DNA of 63,730 bases, filler included, from Sandaracinaceae bacterium (GTDB taxonomy: Bacteria > Myxococcota_A > Polyangia > Polyangiales > JADJQN01), in assembly GCA_947483975.1 (NCBI GenBank). It is 3 parts of 3 records of this genome, joined end to end, with 100 filler letters (N's around TTAATTAATTAA, not from the genome) between each part and the next. Parts side by side here need not be neighbours in the genome. Positions count along the whole stretch, not along the records: positions 1 to 22,081 come from CANKOL010000043.1; 2 more parts are not named here. One strand, 5' to 3'. This document shows positions 9,561 to 18,440 of the stretch, one piece after another. Under the pieces are notes generated by a model, which saw only the letters and a program-made list of their open reading frames with translations, was not told where the DNA came from and searched no databases. Within the stretch, counting starts at the first letter, position 1, and each line of letters starts with the position of its first letter. A program made the translations under genes and the position numbers.

Positions 9561-9656
9561 CGCGGCGTCGCTAGTCGCGGCGTCGCTAGTCCGGGCTTCG
9601 CTAGTCGCGGCGTCGCTAGTCCGGGCTTCGTGAGTCGCGGCGTCGCTAATCCGGGC
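9561..9656. repeat. Intergenic 15-bp minisatellite with two alternating variants (A A B A B' A')
   Basis: A=CGCGGCGTCGCTAGT, B=CCGGGCTTCGCTAGT; units start at 9561, 9576, 9591, 9606, 9621, 9636. Confidence 0.95.
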
Positions 9657-9771
9657 GGACGGGGCGCTCAGTGGGCTGCTTGGGTCCAGGGCTCGGGGTA
9701 CGAGGGGCCGATCCCCTGCTAGGCTGGGCGTCGATGCCAACGCGAGGATCACGATCCCCTACGATCGATCC

Positions 9772-9813
9772 GCTTTCACGTGAAACACCTACACGAATGT
9801 TTCACGTGAAACA
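9772..9813. promoter_or_regulatory. Two tandem parS (ParB-binding) palindromes
   Basis: GCTTTCACGTGAAACA (9772-9787, 14/16) and perfect TGTTTCACGTGAAACA (9798-9813), the canonical chromosomal parS. Confidence 0.88.
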
Positions 9814-12169
9814 CAAGCCGCTACATATATCGTCATGGCTTGTCATGTCGCTCCTGATCGTCGGGACCGGCGCCCCCGTGACCTGTGCGACGGGCTGCGC
9901 GAAGGGCAACGACGATGGGGCAGAACGGCGACCCGCGACGGGCCTGGCTCACCCGCCGCCGATTCAGCGTCTGGCTTCGCCCAACAAACGCTCGCCGGAG
10001 ACGCCACGTCCGGGGACCGACCTCCGTGACCTCTTCGCCGCAGCGGATGCGCGCACCTTCACGGACGCGCTCCGAGTCGGGCTCCTGATGGCTGAACCCG
10101 CGACTCGCGCCGAGGCAACGTGGGCACTGGCCCGTCTCCACGCGCCCGAGCGCGCCGCCGACCTGCGCAGCGCTTTGCGCGATCCTGCGCCGTCCGTCCG
10201 TCAAGCGGCCTCCTTCGGGTTGGCTGCGCTCGAAGCCGATGCGCCCGCAGGTACCGAGTCCGCTTTGCTCGGCGCTCTCGCGACGGAAGCGGATGCCTCT
10301 ACGCGCGCGGCGCTCCTCTCGGACCTCGGCCGGATCGCGACTGACACCGCCCAACCCGCGCTCCAGGCGGCGCTGACCGCCACTACATCGCTCGAGCGCA
10401 CGGCCGCCTGCCACGGTCTCGGCGCTATCGGCCTGCGCGGTCGGGCCGTCGACGCTTCGCTGCTCCGCCTCGTCGCCGCGACAGCCTCGGCGGACCCCGA
10501 CTCGGGTGCTCGCCTCGCCTGCTGTTACGCGCTGAGTCGCCTCCCCGCACCAGCCGACACCGACGCTGACACCGCAGCGGTCGTCGTCGACGCTCTCGCC
10601 CGGGCTGCCCGCGACCCGGTCAGCGAGGTGAGGCTCATGGCCGCCCGCGCCGTGGTGAAGTACCCGTCGACCCCGACCACGATCCTCATGGCCTTCTGCG
10701 CCGACGCCGACTGGCGGGTCGCCGCGCAAGGCTTCCGCTCCCTCGGTCGGCGCAGCGCCGTGGGGAGCGACGGCGCTTACGCGGTGGCGCTCCGCGCTGC
10801 CCTCGACCGACTCGCGCCCGCGCCCGCACTCGGACCGCCGCCGAGCACCGGTCGGGTCGCATCGCACCTCGCGGCTCCCACGGCGCACGTCCTCTTGGTC
10901 GCCCTCGAGGAGGCCGCGGGCGTCGCGACCGGCGTCAACGTCGCGCCCGTGGCCGAGGAGGCCCTGCGTCGCCTGTCGATTCCCGAAGCGACAGCGACGC
11001 GGGCCGATGGCCTCGCCCAGTGTCGGGCCGCGAAGCTGGTCGACCTCGCCTACGGCTGGCCTCAGCGCGTCCTGCGCTGCGGTCTCGGTCAGGTGAGCGA
11101 GGTGGAGCGCTCGATCGCGAGCGCCGAGGTACTGCAGGCGACCACCGGCGACCCCGCGGCGCGCGCGGGCTACCTCCTCCGCCTCTACGAGGGCGGCGCC
11201 GTGCAAGTCCGCGAGGCGGTCCTCACCGCCGCTGCGACCCTCGACCAGCCGATCACCTCGCGCCTGCTCCTGCGCGGGCTGCGCGACCCCGACCTCGGCG
11301 TCGTCACGAGCGCGCTCGAGGCCGTCAGCGCGCAGCCGGCCCGCCTACTCGCCGTCGCCGACGCGCCTTCGCCGGCCCGTCCGGTCGCTGTGCCGGCCGT
11401 CCCGGCGCCGCCGGCTGAGCAGCCCGCGCCGTCAACGCGCCTCTCGTCCGACGCGCGCTCGGCCCTCCTCGCGGCCTACGCGACCCTCGCCGCGACCGAT
11501 GAACTCGAGGGCCTCCAAGCCTGGCTCGACGCCGTCGCTGCCGTCCGTGACCCGGCTCTGGAGTCGACAGTGCGCCTGCTCGCCGTCAACGCGAACGTCG
11601 CAGTGCGGCGGAAGGCTCAAGAGACCCTCGACCGTCTCAATCTCCCCGCGAGCGCCGCTCCCCCCGCCGCGCTCTCCAACGCCCTTCGCCCGAGCGAGTT
11701 TCCGACGCCCGGCGAACGCCTCTCGGCGGTCCTCACGCTCCCACACGGCGAGGTCGAGATCGCGCTGCTGCCCGACGAAGCGCCCGCGACGGTCGCTCGC
11801 TTCGTCGCCCTCGCCGAGCGTCACTTCTACGATGGACTCCGCTTCCATCGGGTCGTGCCGGCGTTCGTCGTGCAAACGGGCGATCCGCGCGCCGACGGCT
11901 ACGGCGGCCCCGGCTACGCCCAGCGCTGTGAAGACAATGGCGTCGCCTACGAGCGGGGCACGGTCGGTATGGCCCTCGCGGGGCGTGACACCGGCGGCAG
12001 TCAGTTCTTCATCACGCAGGCGTCGGAGCCTCACCTCGATGGGCGCTACACCGCGTTCGGCCGCGTGGTGCGTGGCATGGACCTCATCGACGAGGTGCTG
12101 GTGAACGACGCACTCACGAGCATTCGCATCGTCCATACCGCCGGTATCACCGGCGATACCGCCCGCTGA
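9797..12169 (+). CDS. HEAT-repeat protein with C-terminal cyclophilin-type peptidyl-prolyl isomerase, probably exported/lipoprotein
   Basis: HEAT-like repeats (ALRDPAPSVRQAASFGL); FYDGLRFHRVVPAFVVQTGDP, DTGGSQFFIT, HLDGRYTAFGRVV; start uncertain (9797 or 9845). Confidence 0.88.
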   Translation: MFHVKHKPLHISSWLVMSLLIVGTGAPVTCATGCAKGNDDGAERRPATGLAHPPPIQRLASPNKRSPETPRPGTDLRDLFAAADARTFTDALRVGLLMAEPATRAEATWALARLHAPERAADLRSALRDPAPSVRQAASFGLAALEADAPAGTESALLGALATEADASTRAALLSDLGRIATDTAQPALQAALTATTSLERTAACHGLGAIGLRGRAVDASLLRLVAATASADPDSGARLACCYALSRLPAPADTDADTAAVVVDALARAARDPVSEVRLMAARAVVKYPSTPTTILMAFCADADWRVAAQGFRSLGRRSAVGSDGAYAVALRAALDRLAPAPALGPPPSTGRVASHLAAPTAHVLLVALEEAAGVATGVNVAPVAEEALRRLSIPEATATRADGLAQCRAAKLVDLAYGWPQRVLRCGLGQVSEVERSIASAEVLQATTGDPAARAGYLLRLYEGGAVQVREAVLTAAATLDQPITSRLLLRGLRDPDLGVVTSALEAVSAQPARLLAVADAPSPARPVAVPAVPAPPAEQPAPSTRLSSDARSALLAAYATLAATDELEGLQAWLDAVAAVRDPALESTVRLLAVNANVAVRRKAQETLDRLNLPASAAPPAALSNALRPSEFPTPGERLSAVLTLPHGEVEIALLPDEAPATVARFVALAERHFYDGLRFHRVVPAFVVQTGDPRADGYGGPGYAQRCEDNGVAYERGTVGMALAGRDTGGSQFFITQASEPHLDGRYTAFGRVVRGMDLIDEVLVNDALTSIRIVHTAGITGDTAR

Positions 12170-12185
12170 GTTCCCGAGTTCGCGT

Positions 12186-13154
12186 CTACAGGCTCAGCTT
12201 TTCGCGCACGTCGGCCGTGTAGCCCGCCTCCAGGGCGTCAATCGCCGCCTCGACGTCCGGGAGCTCGCCCTCGGGGAGCCGGATCTGCACGTGGGCGTAG
12301 AGGTCTCCGCGCTCTCCACCCCGCGCCGGGGCGCCCTTGCCGCGGAGCCGCAGGGTCGCGCCTCCCTGGGTGCGCGCGGGAATTCGGAGCTGCACGTCGC
12401 CCTCGAGCGTCGGCACCCGCACCTTCGCGCCGCGGAACGCTTCCGCGAGCGTGATCGGAAGCTCCAGGTGGAGATCGTCGCCCTCACGCCGAAAAAAACC
12501 GTGCGCCGCGACGTGCACGGTGAGGACGATGTCGCCCGCCGGTCCGCCGCCGGTCCCCGGCGCGCCCTGCCCGCGCAGCCGCACCTTGTTGCCGTCGGCG
12601 ACGCCCGCCGGAATGCGCGCTCTCACCGTGGTTGGGCCGTCCGTGCCCGGCATCTTGAAGGTCAGCGCTTGTTCGGTGCCCCGGAGCGCGTCGCCCAGCG
12701 TGACCGTCAGCTCGCTCTCGAGATCGCTCCCCTTGCTCGGTCGGCGCCCGCGCTTGCCCGCTCGCCCCGACAGAAGCTCCTCGAGGTCGAACGAGAAGCC
12801 GCCCCCCCCGTCGCCGCCTCCCCCGCCGGAGAAGAGATCCTCGAAGCCCCCCCCTCGCCGCCCGCGCCCGCTGCTCGCAGCCCGCTGGTACGCCTGCATC
12901 TGCCGCGCGGCGTCCGGGTCGAAGCCCTCCCGCAGCCCCGCCTCCCCGAACTCGTCGAACAAGCCGCGTTTTCTCGCGTCCGAGAGCACGTCGTACGCGA
13001 AAGCCACGTCCTTGAAGCGCTCCTCCGACTTCTTGTCGCCGGGGTTGCGGTCGGGGTGCAGCTCCTTGGCGAGCTTGCGGTACGACTTCTTGATGACGTC
13101 GGGGGCGGCGTCCTTCGGGACACCCAAGGTGGCGTAGAGATCGCGGTCGGCCAT
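12186..13154 (-). CDS. cbpA: DnaJ-class chaperone (CbpA-like, no zinc finger)
   Basis: J domain with HPD, G/F-rich linker, DnaJ C-terminal domain, no CxxCxGxG repeats. Confidence 0.85.
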   Translation of the reverse strand: MADRDLYATLGVPKDAAPDVIKKSYRKLAKELHPDRNPGDKKSEERFKDVAFAYDVLSDARKRGLFDEFGEAGLREGFDPDAARQMQAYQRAASSGRGRRGGGFEDLFSGGGGGDGGGGFSFDLEELLSGRAGKRGRRPSKGSDLESELTVTLGDALRGTEQALTFKMPGTDGPTTVRARIPAGVADGNKVRLRGQGAPGTGGGPAGDIVLTVHVAAHGFFRREGDDLHLELPITLAEAFRGAKVRVPTLEGDVQLRIPARTQGGATLRLRGKGAPARGGERGDLYAHVQIRLPEGELPDVEAAIDALEAGYTADVREKLSL

Positions 13155-13251
13155 GTCGAGCCACTCGTAAGCCCTCACCGCTCACACCGCAATACTGTCC
13201 GTTCGCCAGGCCATTCTTGCTGGGGGTATTGCGCCGTGGTACTCGCGGTCG

Positions 13252-14070
13252 GTGTCCCTCGTAGACGTCAGCCGACTGCCCGCGCATGTGGCCATCGTCA
13301 TGGATGGCAATGGGCGCTGGGCACAGCAGCTCGGCCATCCGCGCACCTATGGGCACCGAGTGGGCTCCGACGCCGTGCGGCGGATCGTTCGCGCGAGCCG
13401 GCGCCTCGGGCTGTCGGCGCTGACGCTGTATGCGTTCAGCGAGCAGAACTGGGCCCGTCCGCCGAGCGAGGTCGAAGCGCTGATGGACCTGCTGCGCGAG
13501 TTCTTGCTCTCGGAGCGTGACGACCTGCTCGCGAACGACATTCGCCTGCGCGGCGTCGGACGGATCGAGCGGCTGCCGTCCCGAGTGCGGGACGTGCTCG
13601 AGCGGATCACGGACGAGACCAAGAACAACCGCACGATGACGCTCTCGCTCGCGCTGTCGTACGGTGGGCGCGAGGAGATCGCGGACGCCGCGCGGCGCCT
13701 CGCGGAGCGGGCGGTGGCTGGCGCGCTCTCGCCTGCGCGCATCGACGAAGCGGCGCTCGAAGCGGAGCTGCCGTCGATGTCCGTCGGCGCGGTCGACCTG
13801 CTCGTGCGCACGGGCGGCGAGCAGCGAATCTCGAACTTCATGCTCTGGGGCGCCGCGTACGCCGAGCTCTACTTCAGCCCTGCCCTCTGGCCTGACTGGG
13901 TCGAGGCGGACCTGTACGAGGCGATCACCGCCTATCAGCAGCGCGACCGCCGGTTCGGCAAGGTGCGCTCTGATGTCGCCTCCGCCGCCGACGCGCGCGG
14001 TCCAACCCAAGCCACGACAGCGGGTGCGGGGCCGGCGCCCGCGATCCCCGTCGCCCTCGGAGCAAGGTGA
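13252..14070 (+). CDS. uppS: Undecaprenyl diphosphate synthase
   Basis: HVAIVMDGNGRWA, YAFSEQNW, YGGREEI, RTGGEQRISNF, RRFG. Confidence 0.97.
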   Translation: MSLVDVSRLPAHVAIVMDGNGRWAQQLGHPRTYGHRVGSDAVRRIVRASRRLGLSALTLYAFSEQNWARPPSEVEALMDLLREFLLSERDDLLANDIRLRGVGRIERLPSRVRDVLERITDETKNNRTMTLSLALSYGGREEIADAARRLAERAVAGALSPARIDEAALEAELPSMSVGAVDLLVRTGGEQRISNFMLWGAAYAELYFSPALWPDWVEADLYEAITAYQQRDRRFGKVRSDVASAADARGPTQATTAGAGPAPAIPVALGAR

Positions 14071-14903
14071 GCGAGCCCGCCGCGCCGAAGCCAGTCTCGA
14101 ACCTCGTCGTGCGGCTGCTCACCGCCGTCGTCGCCGCGCCAGCGATCCTGTACTTGCTGTTTGCCGCGCCTCCGTGGGGCTTTCAGGTGCTCGTGATGGC
14201 GGCCGTCGCGGTCGCGGCGTACGAGCTATTCGGCATGACGATGGGCAAGGACCGCGTCCTCGAGGCGTACGGCGTCCTCGCCTCGCTCGCGGTCGCTACT
14301 GTGCTGCTCTACTTCCCGTCGCCCCCGATCTTGGTCGCGACCTTCGCGCTCCTGCCGATGGCGGGGCTGCTGTTCTCGCTCGTGCGCCCGGACCCGATCG
14401 ACCGGGCCGACCGCCGTATGGCGTGGATGATCGCCGGGCCGCTCTACGTCGGACTGCTCGCGACCATCGGGCGCCTGCATATGCGCGACAACGGCGGCGG
14501 CTGGGTCGTGCTGACGATGATGCTCGCTTGGTTCGGAGACACGGGCGGATACTTCGCTGGGCGGGCGTTCGGCAAGCACAAGCTCTACGAGAAGGTCTCG
14601 CCGAAGAAGACGATCGAGGGCTCGTTCGGCGGGCTCGCCGGGAGCGTCCTCGGCGCCCTCGTCGCGCATTATTGGTACCTGCAGGCGCTGCCGCTCATCG
14701 GTGGCATCGCGCTCGCGCTGGTCGCCGGGGCCCTCGGTCAGGCGGGCGACCTCTGTGAGTCGTTGATCAAGCGCTCCGCTGGCGTGAAGGACAGCGGCTT
14801 CATCGTGCCGGGGCACGGAGGCTTGCTCGACCGCGTCGATGCGCTCGTCTTCACCAGCGCCGCGACGTGGCTCTACGCGACGTTGATCCTCGACGCGCGC
14901 TAG
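14067..14903 (+). CDS. cdsA: Phosphatidate cytidylyltransferase
   Basis: DTGGYFAG, SPKKTIEG, GDLCESLIKR..GVKDSG..PGHGGLLDRVD. Confidence 0.97.
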   Translation: MSEPAAPKPVSNLVVRLLTAVVAAPAILYLLFAAPPWGFQVLVMAAVAVAAYELFGMTMGKDRVLEAYGVLASLAVATVLLYFPSPPILVATFALLPMAGLLFSLVRPDPIDRADRRMAWMIAGPLYVGLLATIGRLHMRDNGGGWVVLTMMLAWFGDTGGYFAGRAFGKHKLYEKVSPKKTIEGSFGGLAGSVLGALVAHYWYLQALPLIGGIALALVAGALGQAGDLCESLIKRSAGVKDSGFIVPGHGGLLDRVDALVFTSAATWLYATLILDAR

Positions 14904-14980
14904 CGCGCGAGCGCACGCACTTTCCCGATATTCGTCGAGGGGTTGCGCCTCGCACGCTCCTCACCGACACTCGCCGCACG

Positions 14981-16081
14981 ATGCCTGGCGACACCGTTCG
15001 AGAGGGCGCGATTCCGGCCGACGGGGTGGTGGCGCTGCTGCGCGAGCTCGAGCTCGAGCGCACCTCGGGCGTGCTGCGGTTCGACACCGACGGCACTTGG
15101 AGAGAGGTCGCGCTGGCGGCAGGGCAGCTCGCCCTCGACCAGGCGCTCGTCGGGGGAGAGGACCCGGTCGAGGCGTTCTTGGCGGCCCGCTCGGGGCGCT
15201 TCGAGGTCGTCCAGCGCTTGCCGCCGCTCGCGGTCTCCAAGGGCGATGCGCGTGTGCGCACCGGTTCGCTCGCCGTACACATCCCCGTCGATCTGATGAC
15301 CTACTGCGAGCGCGCTGGATTGACGGGCCTGCTCGAGTTTGCCCGGGACGGAGAGCGCGCCGAGGCGGTCTACGACAAGGGCGAGCTCACGGCGATTCGC
15401 TTCGGTGGGCGCGTCGGCGGCGACGTGAACGCGGTCTTCGCGTGGGAGACCGGCACGTTCAAGGTCGAGGCGCTGCGTGTGGTTCCAGAGCTCGAGTCGC
15501 CGTCGGAGTCGCCGTCGGAGTCGCCGCAGCCAACGGAGCCCGAGTTCGAAGCGCCAGTTGCAGCGGCGAGCGGGTCCTCGGCGCGGCGCGACGACACCGT
15601 GCCGGTCACGCGGAAGGCGCGCAGGCGGCGCGACGACACCGGCCAGCTCTTTCTCAAGGTGATCGAGACGACGCTCGGCGCCGTCGTGGCCGAGGCCGAG
15701 CGTGGGCGCTCCCCGACGCGCACCTCACCGCCGCTCGCGGCCTCTCCCTCGCCGCGCGCCGACTCCGTGGCGCCGCCTCGGCCCTCGCGCGAGGCCACCG
15801 TGCGCATCATCTACCTCACGGGTGAGGCGCTCGCGCAGGGCCCGAACCCCGCCGAGCGCGTCAGCAGCACGCGTCATGTGCGGACCGACGTGACGGGCGA
15901 GATGATGCTGGCCGATGCGCGCCCGGAGCGGATGCGCGCGCCCCCGCAGGCGCCCCTCGCCGCGGCGCCTGCCGTCGAGGAGCCGCTCCCGTCGCGCTCC
16001 ATCGGGCTCGCGCTCGCGGGGCTGGTGCTAGCGCTCGGAATGATCGGCGCGGTCGTCGCCGGTCTGCACCATCTGCGCTAG
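14981..16081 (+). CDS. DUF4388/PATAN-like domain protein with C-terminal membrane anchor
   Basis: Two xTG/SGxL-type modules (RTSGVLRF, GLTGLLEF, FAWETGTF), Pro/Ser linker, hydrophobic tail. Confidence 0.6.
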   Translation: MPGDTVREGAIPADGVVALLRELELERTSGVLRFDTDGTWREVALAAGQLALDQALVGGEDPVEAFLAARSGRFEVVQRLPPLAVSKGDARVRTGSLAVHIPVDLMTYCERAGLTGLLEFARDGERAEAVYDKGELTAIRFGGRVGGDVNAVFAWETGTFKVEALRVVPELESPSESPSESPQPTEPEFEAPVAAASGSSARRDDTVPVTRKARRRRDDTGQLFLKVIETTLGAVVAEAERGRSPTRTSPPLAASPSPRADSVAPPRPSREATVRIIYLTGEALAQGPNPAERVSSTRHVRTDVTGEMMLADARPERMRAPPQAPLAAAPAVEEPLPSRSIGLALAGLVLALGMIGAVVAGLHHLR

Positions 16082-16122
16082 GCGCCGGGCGCCTGCTCCC
16101 CGGCCCGCCCCGCGCTGCTAGG

Positions 16123-17778
16123 ATGGGCGCCGTGCTCGGCAAGTTCGTCGTCTTCGTCGCCATCTCGCTCGGGCTCGCGCTCTGCGCCGGCTCGGCGCCA
16201 AGCGCGCACGCGCAGGATGCGGGCGTCGGGGCCCCCCAGAGCGTCGAGGACGGCGGCCCGGCCGCCACTGCTTGGTCCGACGCGCTGCCCGCCGCCGACG
16301 CGCTGCCGGCCGACGCGCTGCCCACCGAGGCCGCGCTGCCCGACGCAGCCGACCCGGTGGATGGCCCGCCGACCGACGTCGATGCGCCTCCGCGTATTCG
16401 CTACTTCCTCGAGCGGGTGGTCGTGCGGACCGACGGTCGCACCCGACCGGGCCTCGTGCGCCGCTTCGTGCCGCTCGACCGCGGCGATGTGCTCGATGTC
16501 GATGACCCGCAGATCGAGGCGATCCGCTGGCGCCTCCTCGGCACCGGCTGGTTCCGTGACGTGCGCCTGTCGCTCGAGCGCGGCTCTCGGCGCGGCTGGA
16601 TCAAGCTCGTGGTCGAGCTCGAGGAGCGCAACACGCTCGTCATCCAGCAGCTCTATGGCGGCGTCTCCGAGGGCGTGCTGCGCAGCGGCGACACCAGCGC
16701 GGACGCCGTCTGGTACGCGGGCGCGCAGCTCGCAGAGACGAACTTCCTCGGCACAGGGATCACGCTCGGCGGCGCGTTCCTGCTCTCGGATCCGCAGCAG
16801 GCCGTGCGGCTGCGCTTCTCGGATCCGAACTTCCTCGCGAGCGGCTACACGTTCGCCGCGAGCGGCTTCTTCAACAACGCGCGGGACTTCTTCGGCAGTG
16901 AGAACGTCGCGATCGCCCGCGCCGGTTGCACCTCGCCCGACCCGATGGACTGCCCCGACGACTACGACGCGCGCAACGCCGTCGTGCTCTACCGTCGCTA
17001 TGGCGGCAGCGTCGGCACCGGACACGACATCGGCGCCTACGCCCGCTACACGCTCGACTGGCAGGGCGAGGTCGTCGACGCCTTCAGCGTCCCGGCGGCC
17101 GCCTCGGAGTCGCGCAACGGCAGCACGCGCGCGATCGACTTCTCGATCCAGCGCGGCTTCTCGTTCGTGTCGGCCCTGCAGCTGGGGCTCGTCTACGACC
17201 GCCGAGACGACCCAGCGCTGCCGACGCGCGGGATGATCGTGCAGATGCGGGGGGACCTCGGCACGCAGTTGCTCGGCTCCAGCTACGATTTCCTCCGTAT
17301 TCAGGCGTCGTTCCTGCACTACACCCCGCTGCCCTGGGGGCATGTGCTGCGCTTCGGCGCGTTCGTCGGCGTCGTCTTCGGACGCTCGCCGTTCTTCTAC
17401 AAGTTCTACGTCTCGGACCTGTCGGACCTGATCCCCTCGCGCGCGCTCGAGCTCAACCTCGACCGGCGCCCGCCCCCCGACCTCTTCAGCACGGCGATCC
17501 GCTTCATGCGCACGGAAGACCTCGCCGCCCGCGTCGACGTCGAGTACTCGCTGCCGCTCTACCGCGGCGGGAGCGGGCTCTACGCCCTCAACGCGTACGC
17601 CCTCGTCGGCGTGTACACGCTCTTCTCGCAGCGGGACGTGCAGGTCGGCGTACCCGGTTTCCAAGGCGTCTCGCGCATCCCGATCGACGCGACCTTCGAC
17701 GTCGGGCTGCGCGCGGACACGGATGTCGGCGTGTTTCAGCTCGGCTTCTCCAACGTGATCGGCTTCGTGCAGCCGTGA
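16123..17778 (+). CDS. Omp85/BamA-TamA family outer membrane protein with apparently one POTRA domain
   Basis: Signal peptide, POTRA-like LLGTGWFRDV..LVVELEER, ETNFLGTG, YDRRDDPALPTRG, amphipathic beta strands. Confidence 0.85.
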   Translation: MGAVLGKFVVFVAISLGLALCAGSAPSAHAQDAGVGAPQSVEDGGPAATAWSDALPAADALPADALPTEAALPDAADPVDGPPTDVDAPPRIRYFLERVVVRTDGRTRPGLVRRFVPLDRGDVLDVDDPQIEAIRWRLLGTGWFRDVRLSLERGSRRGWIKLVVELEERNTLVIQQLYGGVSEGVLRSGDTSADAVWYAGAQLAETNFLGTGITLGGAFLLSDPQQAVRLRFSDPNFLASGYTFAASGFFNNARDFFGSENVAIARAGCTSPDPMDCPDDYDARNAVVLYRRYGGSVGTGHDIGAYARYTLDWQGEVVDAFSVPAAASESRNGSTRAIDFSIQRGFSFVSALQLGLVYDRRDDPALPTRGMIVQMRGDLGTQLLGSSYDFLRIQASFLHYTPLPWGHVLRFGAFVGVVFGRSPFFYKFYVSDLSDLIPSRALELNLDRRPPPDLFSTAIRFMRTEDLAARVDVEYSLPLYRGGSGLYALNAYALVGVYTLFSQRDVQVGVPGFQGVSRIPIDATFDVGLRADTDVGVFQLGFSNVIGFVQP

Positions 17779-18440
17779 TACCTCGGCCCTCACGCCGCGG
17801 CGCGCCCTCGCCCTTCGTCGCGCTGCTCGTCGCGCTCACGCTGCTCGCGCCGCTCGTCGCCCTCGCGCAGCAGGTCCCCGGCCGCACGCTCGGCGTGATG
17901 TGGCACGACGGCGTGCCGCAGCTCTATTTCTCCGCGCGCGACCTCGCGACCGCCGATGTGCGCCGCAAGCTCGCCAGCGGCCTCCCGCAGAACCTGATGA
18001 TGCGTGTCGTCGCGTCTCGCTCGGCCGACATGAGCACGCCGATCACCCTCACGGCCCAGTCGTGTCGAGTGACGTACGATATCATGGCTGAGACCTACCG
18101 CGTGCAGGTCAGCACGCCTGAGCGCGACGTGAACGAGTCGATCGCCACGCTCGACGGCGTCGTGCGCCGCTGCCTCGAGGTGCACGGCATCCCGGTCGGG
18201 CAGCGGAGCGCCTGGGTCGCGCAGCGCGGCGGCCGCGTCTACTTCGCGGTCCGCCTCGAGTTCAATCCGCTTTCGCCAGACACCGTCCGCCGCATTCGGC
18301 ATTGGCTCGCGAACTCCGGCGGCGGGCCCGTGCAGAACGACGCGTTCTTCGGCTCCTTCGTCAGCCTGTTCGTCAACCGCCGGCTCGTGTCCGCCGAGCG
18401 CTCGCTGAGCTTTCAGTCGCAGCCCGTGCGGGTGCCCTGA
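17775..18440 (+). CDS. DUF4390-like exported protein
   Basis: GTG overlapping the Omp85 stop; signal peptide; RKLASGLP, VTYDIMAETYRV; lies upstream of an NtrY-like kinase. Confidence 0.65.
   Translation: MIPRPSRRGAPSPFVALLVALTLLAPLVALAQQVPGRTLGVMWHDGVPQLYFSARDLATADVRRKLASGLPQNLMMRVVASRSADMSTPITLTAQSCRVTYDIMAETYRVQVSTPERDVNESIATLDGVVRRCLEVHGIPVGQRSAWVAQRGGRVYFAVRLEFNPLSPDTVRRIRHWLANSGGGPVQNDAFFGSFVSLFVNRRLVSAERSLSFQSQPVRVP

Noticed and set aside
15494..15527. 12-bp repeat encoding ESPSESPSESP
   Set aside because: Ordinary low-complexity linker inside a CDS.
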